A DNA stretch of 64,000 nt from Guillardia theta CCMP2712. Its lineage: Eukaryota > Protista > Cryptophyta. Both the position numbers and the translations under genes were made by a program. Location: the NCBI RefSeq assembly GCF_000315625.1, contig NW_005434541.1, forward strand, positions 90,401 to 154,400, given 5' to 3'. The notes under the pieces were generated by a model. It saw nothing but the letters and a program-made list of their open reading frames with translations. It had not been told where the DNA came from and did not search any database. The first letter of the stretch is position 1. The number at the start of each line of letters is the position of its first letter. Positions 11,394 through 23,400 of this stretch are shown here, piece after piece.

Positions 11394-14300
11394 ATGGGCG
11401 CGAAGAAGTGCGTTCTTGTGCTACAAGATGGAACGAGATGGGAGGGAGAAGCGTTCGGCGCGGAGGTCAGCGTTACAGGAGAAGCTGTCTTCCAAACAGG
11501 AATGGTCGGATATCCTGAGGCCCTGACGGACCCTTCCTACTGCAAGCAGATCCTAGTCATTACATACCCTCTTGTAGGAAACTATGGCGTTCCAGGAGAT
11601 GACAAAGATGAACTGGGCATTCTCAAATATTTCGAGTCGAACAAGATTCACATTGCTGCGCTAGTGGTAAGTCGAAGAAAATTCCATTCACCGCAGAGGC
11701 CTGACGTAGCCTTCAGGTTTCTACTCTGAGCGAGGACTACAGTCACTGGCGAGCAAAGAAATCTTTGTCAGACTGGCTGAAGGAGCAGGGGATCCCAGGC
11801 ATCTCAGGGGTTGATACCAGAGCGCTGACCAAGACTCTGCGTGAGCATGGCTGTTGCTTGGGAAAGCTGGTCATGGATGGAGATAACGAGAACCAGATCC
11901 AGTTCGCAGACCCCAATAAGCTGAATCTGGTTGCCGAGGTCTCTTGCAAGCAGCCGCAAGTCTACAATGCTGGAGCAGCAGTCAAGGTCACCATGGTGGA
12001 CTGCGGAATGAAGCTGAACCAGCTCCGCTGTCTCTGCGCGCGAGGAGCGGAGGTCACTGTAGTCCCCTGGGACTATGACTTCGTGAGCAACGCTAGCTGG
12101 GATGGTCTCTTCATCAGCAACGGGCCTGGTGACCCAGAGATGGCGAGCGTGACCGTCTCGAACATCAAGAAGGTGCTGGAGGGCATGAGGACAGGAAAGA
12201 TGCCGGTGAAGCCTTTGTTTGGAATCTGTCTTGGCCACCAGCTCCTGTCCCTCTCTGCAGGGGCTACGACGTACAAGCTTCCTTACGGGAATCGCGGACA
12301 CAACCAGCCCTGCATCCAGGTGGGGACGAAACATTGCTTCATTACTTCCCAGAACCACGGGTTCGCTGTTGATGAGAGCAAGATGCCTGAGGGTTGGCTG
12401 CCTCTGTTCCGCAATGCCAACGACAACACCAATGAGGGAATCGTCCACGAGAGCATGCCCTTCTTTTCTGTGCAGTTTCATCCTGAAGCTAGAGCTGGAC
12501 CCGAGGACACGGAGGGATTGTTCGATGTTTTTGTGAACGCCGCCAAGACTTACAAATCTGGAAACACTGTGGATATGCGCAAGAGCATCACTCAGAAGTG
12601 TACGGAGATAATTGGGAAGGATAGCAGCACAGTGGTGCTCCATCCCAAGCCTAGGAAAGTTCTTGTGTTGGGCTCGGGAGGGTTGTCCATTGGTCAGGCT
12701 GGAGAGTTTGACTACTCTGGCTCTCAAGCGATCAAAGCGCTGCGCGAAGAAGGAGTACAGACAGTTCTGATTAATCCAAATGTCGCTACAGTGCAGACGG
12801 CCAAGGGATTGGCAGACAAAGTTTACTTCCTACCGGTGACTCCAGACTACGTGATCCAGGTCCTGAAGCACGAGAGGCCCGACGGCCTGCTGCTGTCGTT
12901 CGGAGGCCAGACTGCCCTCAACTGTGGGATTGCTCTCTATCGCAAAGGCGTTTTGGAGCAGTACGGCTGCCGAGTTCTCGGAACTCCCGTGGAAACAATC
13001 ATCTCGACTGAAGATCGACAGATCTTCTCCGACAAGCTTGCAGAGATCAATGAAAGAATCGCTCCAAGCTTCTCCGCTGACTCGCCGCAGGAAGCAGAAA
13101 AAGCAGCTCTCAAACTTGGTTTCCCTGTCATTGTACGAGCGGCATATGCTCTTGGTGGTCTTGGCTCTGGATTTGCCTACGACATGGGCCAGCTCAAGAG
13201 TTTGGTCGCCGTCTCCTTCTCGCACTCGCCGCAGGTTCTTGTGGAGAAGTCTCTGCGTGGCTGGAAGGAGATCGAGTACGAGGTCGTTCGTGACGCCTGG
13301 GGGAACTGTATCACTGTCTGCAACATGGAGAATTTCGACCCTCTCGGCATCCACACCGGCGAGTCGATCGTCGTAGCTCCCTCACAGACGTTGGACAACC
13401 ACGACTACAACATGCTGCGCAACACTGCTGTCAAGGTCGTGCGGCACCTCGGGGTGGTTGGAGAGTGCAACATCCAGTATGCGCTAGACCCTCACTCCAA
13501 CGACTACTTCATCATCGAAGTCAATGCCCGTCTCTCTCGCTCCTCAGCGTTGGCCTCCAAGGCAACTGGCTACCCGCTGGCGTACGTGGCTGCCAAGCTC
13601 GCGCTGAACTACCCTCTTCCCGACCTGAGAAACTCAGTGACGGGGAAAACGACTGCCTGCTTCGAGCCTTCTCTTGATTACTTGGTCGTCAAGATCCCCA
13701 GATGGGACCTCAAGAAATTCTCCAAAGTGTCGAACAAGATTGGCAGCCAGATGAAGTCTGTCGGAGAGGTGATGGCGATTGGAAGGAGGTTCGAGGAGGC
13801 GATCCAGAAGGGGTTGAGAATGGTCGACTCCAACGATGGCTTTGTTAGCGATATCATCCCGGCGTCCGAGGACGAGATCCGGGACGCCACAGACCAGCGC
13901 ATCTTCTCTCTGGCAACGGCGATCGAGGAGGGCTGGAGCGTCGCCAAGCTCCACGAGCTCAGCAGCATTGACAACTGGTTCCTGAACCGCCTGAAAGGAA
14001 TCATCGATTACAACCACCACCTGTCTCAGTACAAGATCGAGAGTCTTCCCGCTGACGTTCTGCGCACCGCCAAGGCCCTCGGCTTCTCTGACAAGGTCAT
14101 CGCCAAGTGCACTCAGTCATCCCAGCTCGCCGTCAGGCAGCAGAGGAAGAACTTTGGCATCCTTCCCGTGGTGAAGCAGATTGATACGGTTGCCGCCGAA
14201 TACCCAGCATGCACCAACTACCTCTACCTCACCTACAACGCAAAGGAGCACGATCTCGAGCCGTCGAACCAGGCCGTGTTCGTGCTGGGCTCGGGAGTCT

Positions 14301-17300
14301 ATAGGATCGGATCTTCGGTGGAGTTTGACTGGTGCTCCGTGTGCTGCATTCGTGAGCTGCGCAAGCTCGGGCACGAGACGATCGTGCTGAACTGCAACCC
14401 GGAGACTGTGAGCACGGACTACGACGAGTCTGAGCGGCTCTTCTTCGACGAAATCTCCTTCGAGGTTGTCATGGACATCTACGACCGTGAGAACCCCCTC
14501 GGCGTCGTGCTGTCTGTGGGAGGTCAGGCCTCCAACAACATCGCCATGCAGCTGTTCCGCCAGAACGTCAAGGTGCTGGGAACTTCCCCGGAGATGATCG
14601 ACAACGCCGAGAATCGCTACAAGTTCTCGCGCATGCTTGACAAGCTGGGCATCGACCAGCCGCAGTGGAAGGAGCTGTCGGACGTGGAGAGTGCCAAGGA
14701 GTTCTGCAACAGGGTCGGCTATCCTTGCCTCGTCCGTCCCTCCTACGTCCTCAGCGGCGCCGCCATGAACGTAGCACACTCAGACTCAGACCTGGAGTCG
14801 TACCTTGGAGCTGCCGTTGCAGTGTCCAAGGAGCACCCAGTGGTGATCTCAAAGTTCATCGAGAACGCCAAGGAGATCGAGGTGGATGCCATTGCCAAGG
14901 ACGGCGTCGTCGTCGCCTGTGTGATCTCGGAGCACGTGGAGAACGCTGGTGTTCACTCCGGAGACGCAACCATCGTGTCTCCTGCTCAGGACCTGACGGA
15001 CAGGACGCTGGAGGGCATCAGGGACATCATGTTTGCAGTAGCGCAAGCTCTCTTCATCTCGGGACCCTTCAACATGCAGCTCATGGCCAAGGACGACGAG
15101 CTGAAGGTCATCGAGTGCAACGTCCGCGCCTCCCGCTCCTTCCCCTTCGTCTCCAAGGCCCTTGACCTCCCCCTCATCCCCATAGCCACCAGGATCTTCA
15201 TGGGCGTCTCCGAGGGAGTCCCGACGACGCTGGCGGTCGGTCAGGCCAACTGGGTGGGTGTAAAGGTGGCTCAGTTCTCCTTCAACCGCCTCCCCGGCAG
15301 CGATCCCCAGGTGGGCGTTGACATGATGAGCACAGGAGAGGTAGCGTGCTTCGGTGAGGACAGGAACGAGGCGTACCTCAAGGCGCTCCTCTCCACGGGC
15401 TTCAAGGCTCCCCCAGCCTCCAAACCCATCCTCCTCTCGATCGGCACCTACAGGAACAAGATGGACTTCCTGCCCTCCGTGCGGCTGCTGGTCGAGCTGG
15501 GATACAAGCTCTTCGGCAGCAAGGGGACAGCTGACTTCTACCTCGAAAACAACCTCGAGATCACTCCCGTCGATCTCCCCACCGATAGTGAGGGAGGTTC
15601 CCAGCTCAACCTCAAGGAGAGCCAGTTCGGCCTCGTCATCAACATCCCAGCCAAGAGCAGGTTCCGCCGTCCAGCCTCCTACAACTCCCAGGGCTACCTC
15701 ACCCGCACCATGGCTGTCCTCCACTCTGTCCCGCTCATCACGGACATCAAGTGCGCCAAGATCTTCGTCGAGGCCATCTTCAAGTACGGCCTCTGCCCCC
15801 CCGTCCGCCCCATCGTCGACTGCCGCACTGCCAACCGCACAGTCTCGCTCCCTGGCCTCATCGACATGCACGTGCATGTTCGCGACCCTGGCGCCACCCA
15901 CAAGGAGGACTGGGCGTCTTGCACGGCCTCGGCAGTCGCTGGCGGCGTCACCATCGTCTGCGCGATGCCTAACACAACCCCAGCTACCGTTGACAACGCG
16001 ACCATGCAGACGGTGAGGAACCGGGCGGCGACCATGGCCAGGTGCGACTTCGCTTTGCTGGCGGGGGCGACCATGCTCAACGCTCAGAGCGTGAAGACCA
16101 TCGACGGGGCTGTCGGGCTGTGTATGGAGTTGGACTACGCGACGAGCCACGAGTTGAGGATCGAGGACCTGACAGTCTGGATGGCTCACTTCGAGAACTG
16201 CCCTCCCAACATGCCCATCGTGGTTCGCGCAGAGTCCAAGACACTGGCAGCCGTGCTGATGATGGCGATGATGTACGACAGGGCGATCCACGTGTGCGCT
16301 CTCTCGCGCAGGGAGGAGATCATGGTGGTCCGCGAGGCGAAGAGGAGGGGCGCCAAGGTAACGTGCGGGGTCTGCCCGACGCATCTCTTCCTGGTGGAGG
16401 ACGACATCGAAAAGATCGGAGACAAGCTGTGCTCCATCCGACCTCGACTTGCCACCTCCCAGGATCGCCAGGCTCTTTGGGAGAACATCGACATCATCGA
16501 CGTCTTCTCCTCCCATCACGCCCCCCACACCAAGGAGGAGAAGGAGAAAGAGGCTGTTCCCGGATACCCAGGACTCGAGACCATGCTCCCGCTCCTCCTC
16601 ACCGCCGTCAACGATGGACGGCTGACTATCGAGGACCTCGTTCTCCGCCTGCACACCAACCCGCGCAAGATCTTTGGGCTCGCGGAGCAGCCGGACACGT
16701 TCGTGGAGGTGGACCTCGACAGGACTTGGGAGATCCCTGAGTCTCTTCCTCACACCAAGTGCGACTGGACGCCGTTCAAGGGACACAAGGTCCGGGGGGC
16801 TGTCTCGCGCGTCGTCATTCGTGGAGAGCTGGTCTACCTGGATGGGCAAGTGTTCTCCGATCCTGGTTCAGGCAAGGAGATGAGAGTCGAGGTGGTGCCC
16901 AGCAGCGAAGCTCTGCTGGCAAGTCAACACTCTCTGTCTCCTCTCCTCCCTGTCTCCTCTTCCCTCCTTCCAACCTCCTCCTCCTTCCCCCTTCCTCCCT
17001 TGCTCTCGCATCTCCTCACTTGCCCTCGCAGACTTCAGGCCAGCAGCGCATTGCTCGTGCTGAGGGCATCACATCGCCCAAGAGAGTCTCGCTCGTCACG
17101 CCAGCTGCCACCCGGCAGCTTCCTGAACGATCTCCCGATGTTCACTCGGGCTCGGGAGAGTATGGCCCAACTCCAGGTTGCTCCCCCCCCGCCCCCCCTC
17201 CTCCTCCTACCCCTCGTCCTCTTCCTCGTCCTCATTGCTCATTTCCTTATCGCTCCCTCAACTTCTTCTCTCCTCTCCTCTCCTCTCCTCTCCTCTTCTC

Positions 17301-18996
17301 CTCTCTTGTCTGAGACTTTCGCAGCTTCACCAAAGGCTCCTCCATACGTCGACCGTGTGGTGGTGCCGCAGAAGCAGCAGCCCAACATCCACCCCTACAA
17401 GAGCCCCCTCCTCGCTCCCGAGAGCTCTCTCACCCAGCCCAACGCGCTGGCTGACTTCCGGGGTCACTCCATCTTGTCAGTCTCGCAGTTCACCCGCGCG
17501 TTCATGCACCAGCTCTTCAACCTCGCGCATGACTTGCGCATCTTCTCGCAGCGAGGCCCCCTCGACATCCTCCGTGGCATGTCGCTCGCCAGCATCTTCT
17601 ACGAGCCCTCCACTCGCACCAGCAGCTCCTTCACCGCTGCCATGCAGAAGCTCGGGGGCACCGTCGTGGCTGTGCACGTGAGTCGCGAGTGTCGCAATGG
17701 TGTGCGCCTGACGGCTGCTGCAGGAAACGAACTCGTCGTCGGTGGTCAAGGGAGAGTCGCTCGAAGACTTCGTTCGGTACGCGGAGGAAGAAAGCGCACG
17801 GGCCTTGATGACTTTGACTTCAGCGTGATGGAACGATATTGCGATGTGGTCGTGCTGCGACATCCAGAGAAAGGGGCCGTGCAGCGAGCACACAGGTGAG
17901 GGAGGAGAGGAGGAAGGAGGAAGGAGAAGAGGAAGGGGGAAGGAGAGGGGGAAGGAGAGGAGGAAGGAGAGGAGCGAGAGGCGAGGAGGAGGAGTCTAGT
18001 GCTGGGGCGCTAACTCTGTGGCACAGCAAGATGAGGAAGCCCATCATCAACGCGGGGGATGGCACGGGCGAGCATCCGACTCAGGTGAGAGGCGATAAGC
18101 AGCGGATGATGAGGAGATGACGAGGGCGGCAGGCGCTGCTTGACATCTTCACCATCCGGGAAGAGATCGGCACCGTCAACGGGCTGAACATCGCTCTAGT
18201 GGGAGACCTCAAGCACGGGAGGACGGTGAGGTCGGCGCGGGAGCAAGTCAGCCTCGTGATGTCTTGCTGGTCTTCAGGTCCACAGCCTGGCGGAGCTCAT
18301 CACCTTGTATGATATCAAGCTGCACCTGGTGGCCCCTGAAGGTACTGTCCTCTCCAACCCCTTCCCCCCCCTCTGCCTCCCCCCCTCCCTGTCTCTCCTC
18401 GTCCATGCCTCTCCTCCTCGTGTCTGCGAAACCTGACCTGACGTATCAGGCCTTGAGATGCCTCGAGACATCGTTGAGAGGCTCAGTCAGAAAGGAGCTA
18501 AGGTGCATCAGACAGGAAGGGGGAAGAAAAGTCTGAGACAGGAGCAGGTGAAGGAGCACAGGAGCGTGGATGACGTCATCGCTGAGGCCGATGTTGTCTA
18601 CGTGACGAGGTGAGAGGAAGGAGGGAGGATCGAGGAGCGGGAGGATTGAGGAGCTGACATGCCGTTCAGAGTTCAGAAGGAGAGATTCACTGACCCGAGC
18701 GTCTATGAAAGTGTCAAGTCTGCTTACAAGGTTTCTCCTCCTACACCACCCACCACCACCACCGCCTCCTCCTCCTGCCTCTTCTCTTCTCCCTCCTCTT
18801 CGCTTGCAGCATTTTTGACGAGCAGCAGATCACCGCCAAGACGCTGGCACGAGCGAAGCCCAACATGATCTTGATGCACCCGCTCCCGCGTGTCGACGAG
18901 ATTCACGAGGAGTGCGACCTTGACCCGCGTTCCGTATACTTCCGCCAGGTGACGGCGAGCTGGACTCTCTCTCTCTCCTTCTCTTTCTCCTCGTAC

Positions 18997-19051
<55 letters not shown>

Positions 19052-19200
19052 CCTCTCTCTCTCTCTCTCTCTTCTCTTACCTCTCTCGCCCAGGCCGAGC
19101 ATGGCATGTTCCTCCGGATGGCGATACTGACAACGGTAAAGACCCTCGGCCGCTGCTCTGCTCGTCTGACTTGCTGGTTCAGATCCTGGGGAAAAGCTAG
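11394..19200 (+). CDS. CAD: CAD/URA2-type multifunctional protein: GATase-CPSase, dihydroorotase-like domain (apparently inactive), ATCase
   Basis: GATase GICLGHQ and FHPE; [27 protein letters not shown] and GVHSGDA; DHO-like [15 protein letters not shown]; ATCase [12 protein letters not shown] and HPLPR. Introns include 11667-11716, 16919-17031 (GC-AG) and 17177-17324, plus several in the ATCase part. Stop TAG ends at 19200. Confidence 0.97.
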
Positions 19201-19635
19201 GCTCCCTCGACCATGTGATGCATTCTTAAGTTTGCGTTGTAATCCACTCTTTGATCTGTATTCCCCGACCTCTCTCTGCTCCTCTCCCGCCCTTTCGTCT
19301 CGTCTCGCCAGTCAGTGAGAGGAAGGAGAGTAGCGACCATTACAACTGCCATGCTGTTTCCAAGAGGCGAAATGCTCAGAATAACTCTGATTCATGGGTG
19401 GAAAATGAAGCTGGAGATGTTGTGTAGGCGGCAGATTTCATTCACATGGATGGGCGAAAGGAGGAGAAGTGAATGCGGTGATGAGAAGGACGATGGCAAC
19501 AACTAACGGGACGAAAACTTCAGAGTTGAACTTGACCCCATCTCACCATATCACATCGCACGACATCACATCTCATTGTTATGGCATTAAATCTAATCAC
19601 TGACGTCTGATGTCTCATCTCTCATCTCTCATCTC

Positions 19636-19745
19636 TGATTGTTTATCTCTGATTGTTTATCTCTGATTGTTTATCTCTGATTGTTTATCTCTGATTGTTT
19701 ATCTCTGATTGTTTATCTTTGATTGTTTATCTCTGATTGTTTATC
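19636..19745 (+). repeat. 14-nt minisatellite (CTGATTGTTTATCT), about 8 copies
   Basis: Directly visible tandem copies. Confidence 0.95.
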
Positions 19746-19959
19746 GCTCATCGCCATCTCGCTCTTTTCTGTCGCATGGTTTTGCTTCCAATCCCACAGC
19801 TGACCTGGGGTGGTCAAGGAATCCAGGGTTTGGGCTCTTCAAAAGGGTGGGTATGATTAAGAGAATGAGGGGGTGGGGGTAGAGAATACAACGGGTAGTA
19901 AAATCTCAGCAGAAAGCAGGCGTTGCAGTTGTCGGAAATGAAATGCAGATGAACGAGTG

Positions 19960-20205
19960 GAGAGGAGAGGAGAGGAGAGGAGGGGAGAGGAGAGGAGAGG
20001 AGAGGAGAGGAGAGGAGAGGAGAGGAGAGGAGGGGAGAGGAGAGGAGAGGAGAGGAGAGGAGAGGAGAGGAGAGGAGAGGAGAGGAGAGGAGAGGAGAGG
20101 AGAGGAGAGGAGAGGAGGGGAGAGGAGAGGAGAGGAGAGGAGAGGAGAGGAGAGGAGAGGAGAGGAGAGGAGAGGAGAGGAGAGGAGAGGAGAGGAGAGG
20201 AGAAG
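19960..20205 (+). repeat. (GAGAG)n pentamer microsatellite
   Basis: Directly visible; explains the spurious GEERR/SSPLL ORFs. Confidence 0.97.
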
Positions 20206-20419
20206 AGATAGAAGAGAGGTGGGTGTCATGAACACAGAAGGGGTTTGATGTTCACGATGAACTCCAGCCGCTAGAACAATCTGAGATCCTCCTCCTCCTC
20301 CTCCTCCTTCTGCTTCCGCTTCTTCTCCTTCTGCTTCAGACAGAAGGGAAGATAGTCAAGTCAGATGAAAACCTCTTAATTGCTGCTGAGCGAAGTATCA
20401 AAATTTGTTGAGTTCCATC

Positions 20420-23400
20420 ATGAACTTCCCGACCATTCGTGAGAATCAACATGAGAACGCGTTTGGGATGGCGATGGCGAGGATGGGAGATATGTTTGGA
20501 ACGAAGAAGGCGGGCTCTCTCTGGAAGAACACCACAGCACAGCATCATAAGCTCAAGGAGCTGGAGCTTTCAAACCTTGACCAGCTCAAAGACTGCTTCT
20601 TTCGTATCAATCACTCCGGTGGGCTTGATCCACAGCAGTTTGTTGAGGCGTAAGTAGCCTCCTCCTCCTCCTCCTCCCCCTCACCCTCACCTTCCTCCTC
20701 CTCCTCCTCCTCCTCCTCTCTCCCGCCTGATGTGCTGCAGATTCAAGACGGTCTTCCCTCCCTGGAGCCGAGCAGTCGATCCTGCTGTCTCCCGATTCTG
20801 GCTCTCACGCTTGTACCCCCTCCCCTTAACCTTAAACCCTTCGCTGACTCGCGTGTCGCAGCTTCTCCAAGATAGACGCGAACGGGGATGGACGGGTTTC
20901 ATGGGAAGAGTTCTCTGACTACGTGCTCTCCGAATCCCTCCAGCGTAGCGAACAGCTCCATGATGGGTTGGAGTTCAAGATCTTTGATGACCCACAGCAA
21001 GGTACATCCTCCTCCTCTACCTCCTCTTCCTCTTCCTCTTCCTCTTCCTCTTCCTCTTCTACCTCCTCCTCCTCCTCCTCTTCCTCCCATGCTCCTTCTT
21101 CTCCACCTCCTCGAGACTCACTTGCAGTGCAGACGAGGAGGGTTCGACACAAAACCATCACCGCGACATGATACTGGGTATCGCTTACCTCAAGGAGCTG
21201 AAGCGATATGTCACCTGCAGCAAGGACGGCACCGTCAAGTCCTGGAGCAGCAGCAGCCGCAGGCTCATCGCTACCCTCGTCGTCTCTCACTCCAAGTGCA
21301 AGACATGGGCGACCTGCTGCTGCGAGATGGGAGGGCTCAACGTGCCGAGCCTGACGCAAGGAGCTCTGGCTGTCTGCACGTCCTCGAGGAAGCTCATCGT
21401 CATCGACGTCAAGGGCTTCCACAGCGTTCACACCATCGAGCTGCCGGAGAGCATGATCCCCTTGTGCTGTACCTCGTTCCACGTAAGCAAGGGGCAAAGG
21501 CAGGAGGACAAGGCTCAAGGCTACGAGCACTTGCTGGCTGTGGGAGACGAGGAGGGGAAGGTGACGGTGATCAAACAGTCTCCTCGGCTCTTGAGCGTAA
21601 CGAGAGTCCAAGAGCTGGACCCGTTGGTCCTCAAGCAGCACCAGGACCACGTCACTTACTGCTCCTACATCCGCACGCTCGACACCATCCTGTCCACCTC
21701 CCTGGACGGGTCCATCTGCCTGTACGAGATCCCCTCCAAGCAGACGAAGCGCTTCAAGGGTCATGCTAAGCCTGTCTTCTGCGCCGTCTTCTGCACTAAC
21801 TTCAACTACGTGGCCTCGGGTGGGCAGGAGCGGGTGATCATCCTGTGGAACCCGTACACGCTGAAGCGCATCACGTCGCTGCACGGGCACAACGCGTGTA
21901 TCACCTCAATCGTGTTCAACGCCAAGCACAGCCACATCATCAGCATCTCCTCCGACAAGGACGTGATGGTGTGGGACCCCAAGACCTACCAGCTCCTCCT
22001 GCGCGTGAAGGACCAGAATGTCTACAGACCAGAAAACGAGTTCTCATGCGCGTACTGGAACGAGAGCGAGACGCGGCTGGTGGTGGGTCACTCGAAGCTG
22101 CAAGTTCGACCGTACAAGGGAGACCTCAAGGATAGCAACCTGAGCCTCGCATCTCATAAAGCTCCCATCGTCGCTGCCATGCAGAACTCCGTCTTTCAGA
22201 ACATCATCACCGTCGACTACCTGGGCCTCGTCATCGTCTGGAGCCTCGACGACGGCGAGCAGATCACGGCGTTCAAGTGCAAGCAGAGCAAGAGCTTTGA
22301 CACGACGGCAGTCTCCTTTGACATCACGACTAGGCGACTCATCCTAGGAAGCGCCCACGGGAAGGTGTACATCTTCAACTGGAACAGCGGGGTGAAGCTC
22401 AACGAGCTTGTGAGCGATGCCGAGAAGGAGATCACTTGCATCTCCTTCTGCGAGGCGAGTCAGCGGACCTGTACTGTCGCGGCAGGATGGGACAGAAAGA
22501 TCTACCTGTGGATCGATCCTCCCGACACCTTCCACCAGCAGCCCATGAAGCGCATCGACCTCATGACCTCCATGGACGTCATGCGCATGGTCTGGATCCA
22601 GCCCATCGGCACCCTCGCGCTCGCCATGTACGACGGGAGCCTGCGAACCTGGTCGACGGTCGGGTCATGGAAGAAGGGCATCACGATCAAGCTCAAAGAG
22701 GCGGAAGACGCGACGTTTGAGAACCAAGGCTCGGCCGCCATCAACTGCATCACGTGGATGAAGAAGGCGGAGACGAAGGAGCCTTTCTTCGCGACCGCCC
22801 ACATGGACGGCATGATCCGACTGTGGCAGCCGCAGGACGGGAAGCAGCTGGGAGTCTTCGAGGCGGGCCATCGCGATCGTAAGATCAACGTGGACGGGAG
22901 CCGAACGGTGCTGCCTGCCATCGTCATGGACGTGGACCGGGAGAACCACCTGATGATCACTGGCGACGGGGTCGGGCAGGTGCGCGGAAGCGACTGCAGC
23001 AGCGTGTGCAAGCGGCTGGTCAAGCTGAAGATCAAAGTGGTCGAGGCTGCCGAGCTGCCAGCTGCTGACGCCAACGGGTTCTCCGACCCATACGCCATCC
23101 TGCACGTGAACAAGAAGAAGTTTCAGACGGAGGTTGTCTTGAAGGACCTCAATCCCGTGTGGGAGCAGGAGTTCGAGGTCGAGCTCGGGCTGTTCGACGA
23201 GAGCCAAGTCAACGCAACGGCCACGGCGATCTACATCCAAGTGCTGGATCAAGACAAGTTCGGCAGCGATGACCTCCTCGGTATCCTCCACATCGACACG
23301 GCCCTGGTGCAGGAGGGTCGCATCCACGACGCCTGGTATCCTTTGGAGGACCCGGAACCGGAGCTGAACAACTACAACGGCAAGTACGGGAGGATCCGCT

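Noticed and set aside
14849-16849. 666-aa antisense ORF within CAD (and similar antisense ORFs in the WD40 and PPAT genes)
   Set aside because: Expected shadow of high-GC3 codon usage; no recognisable motifs.
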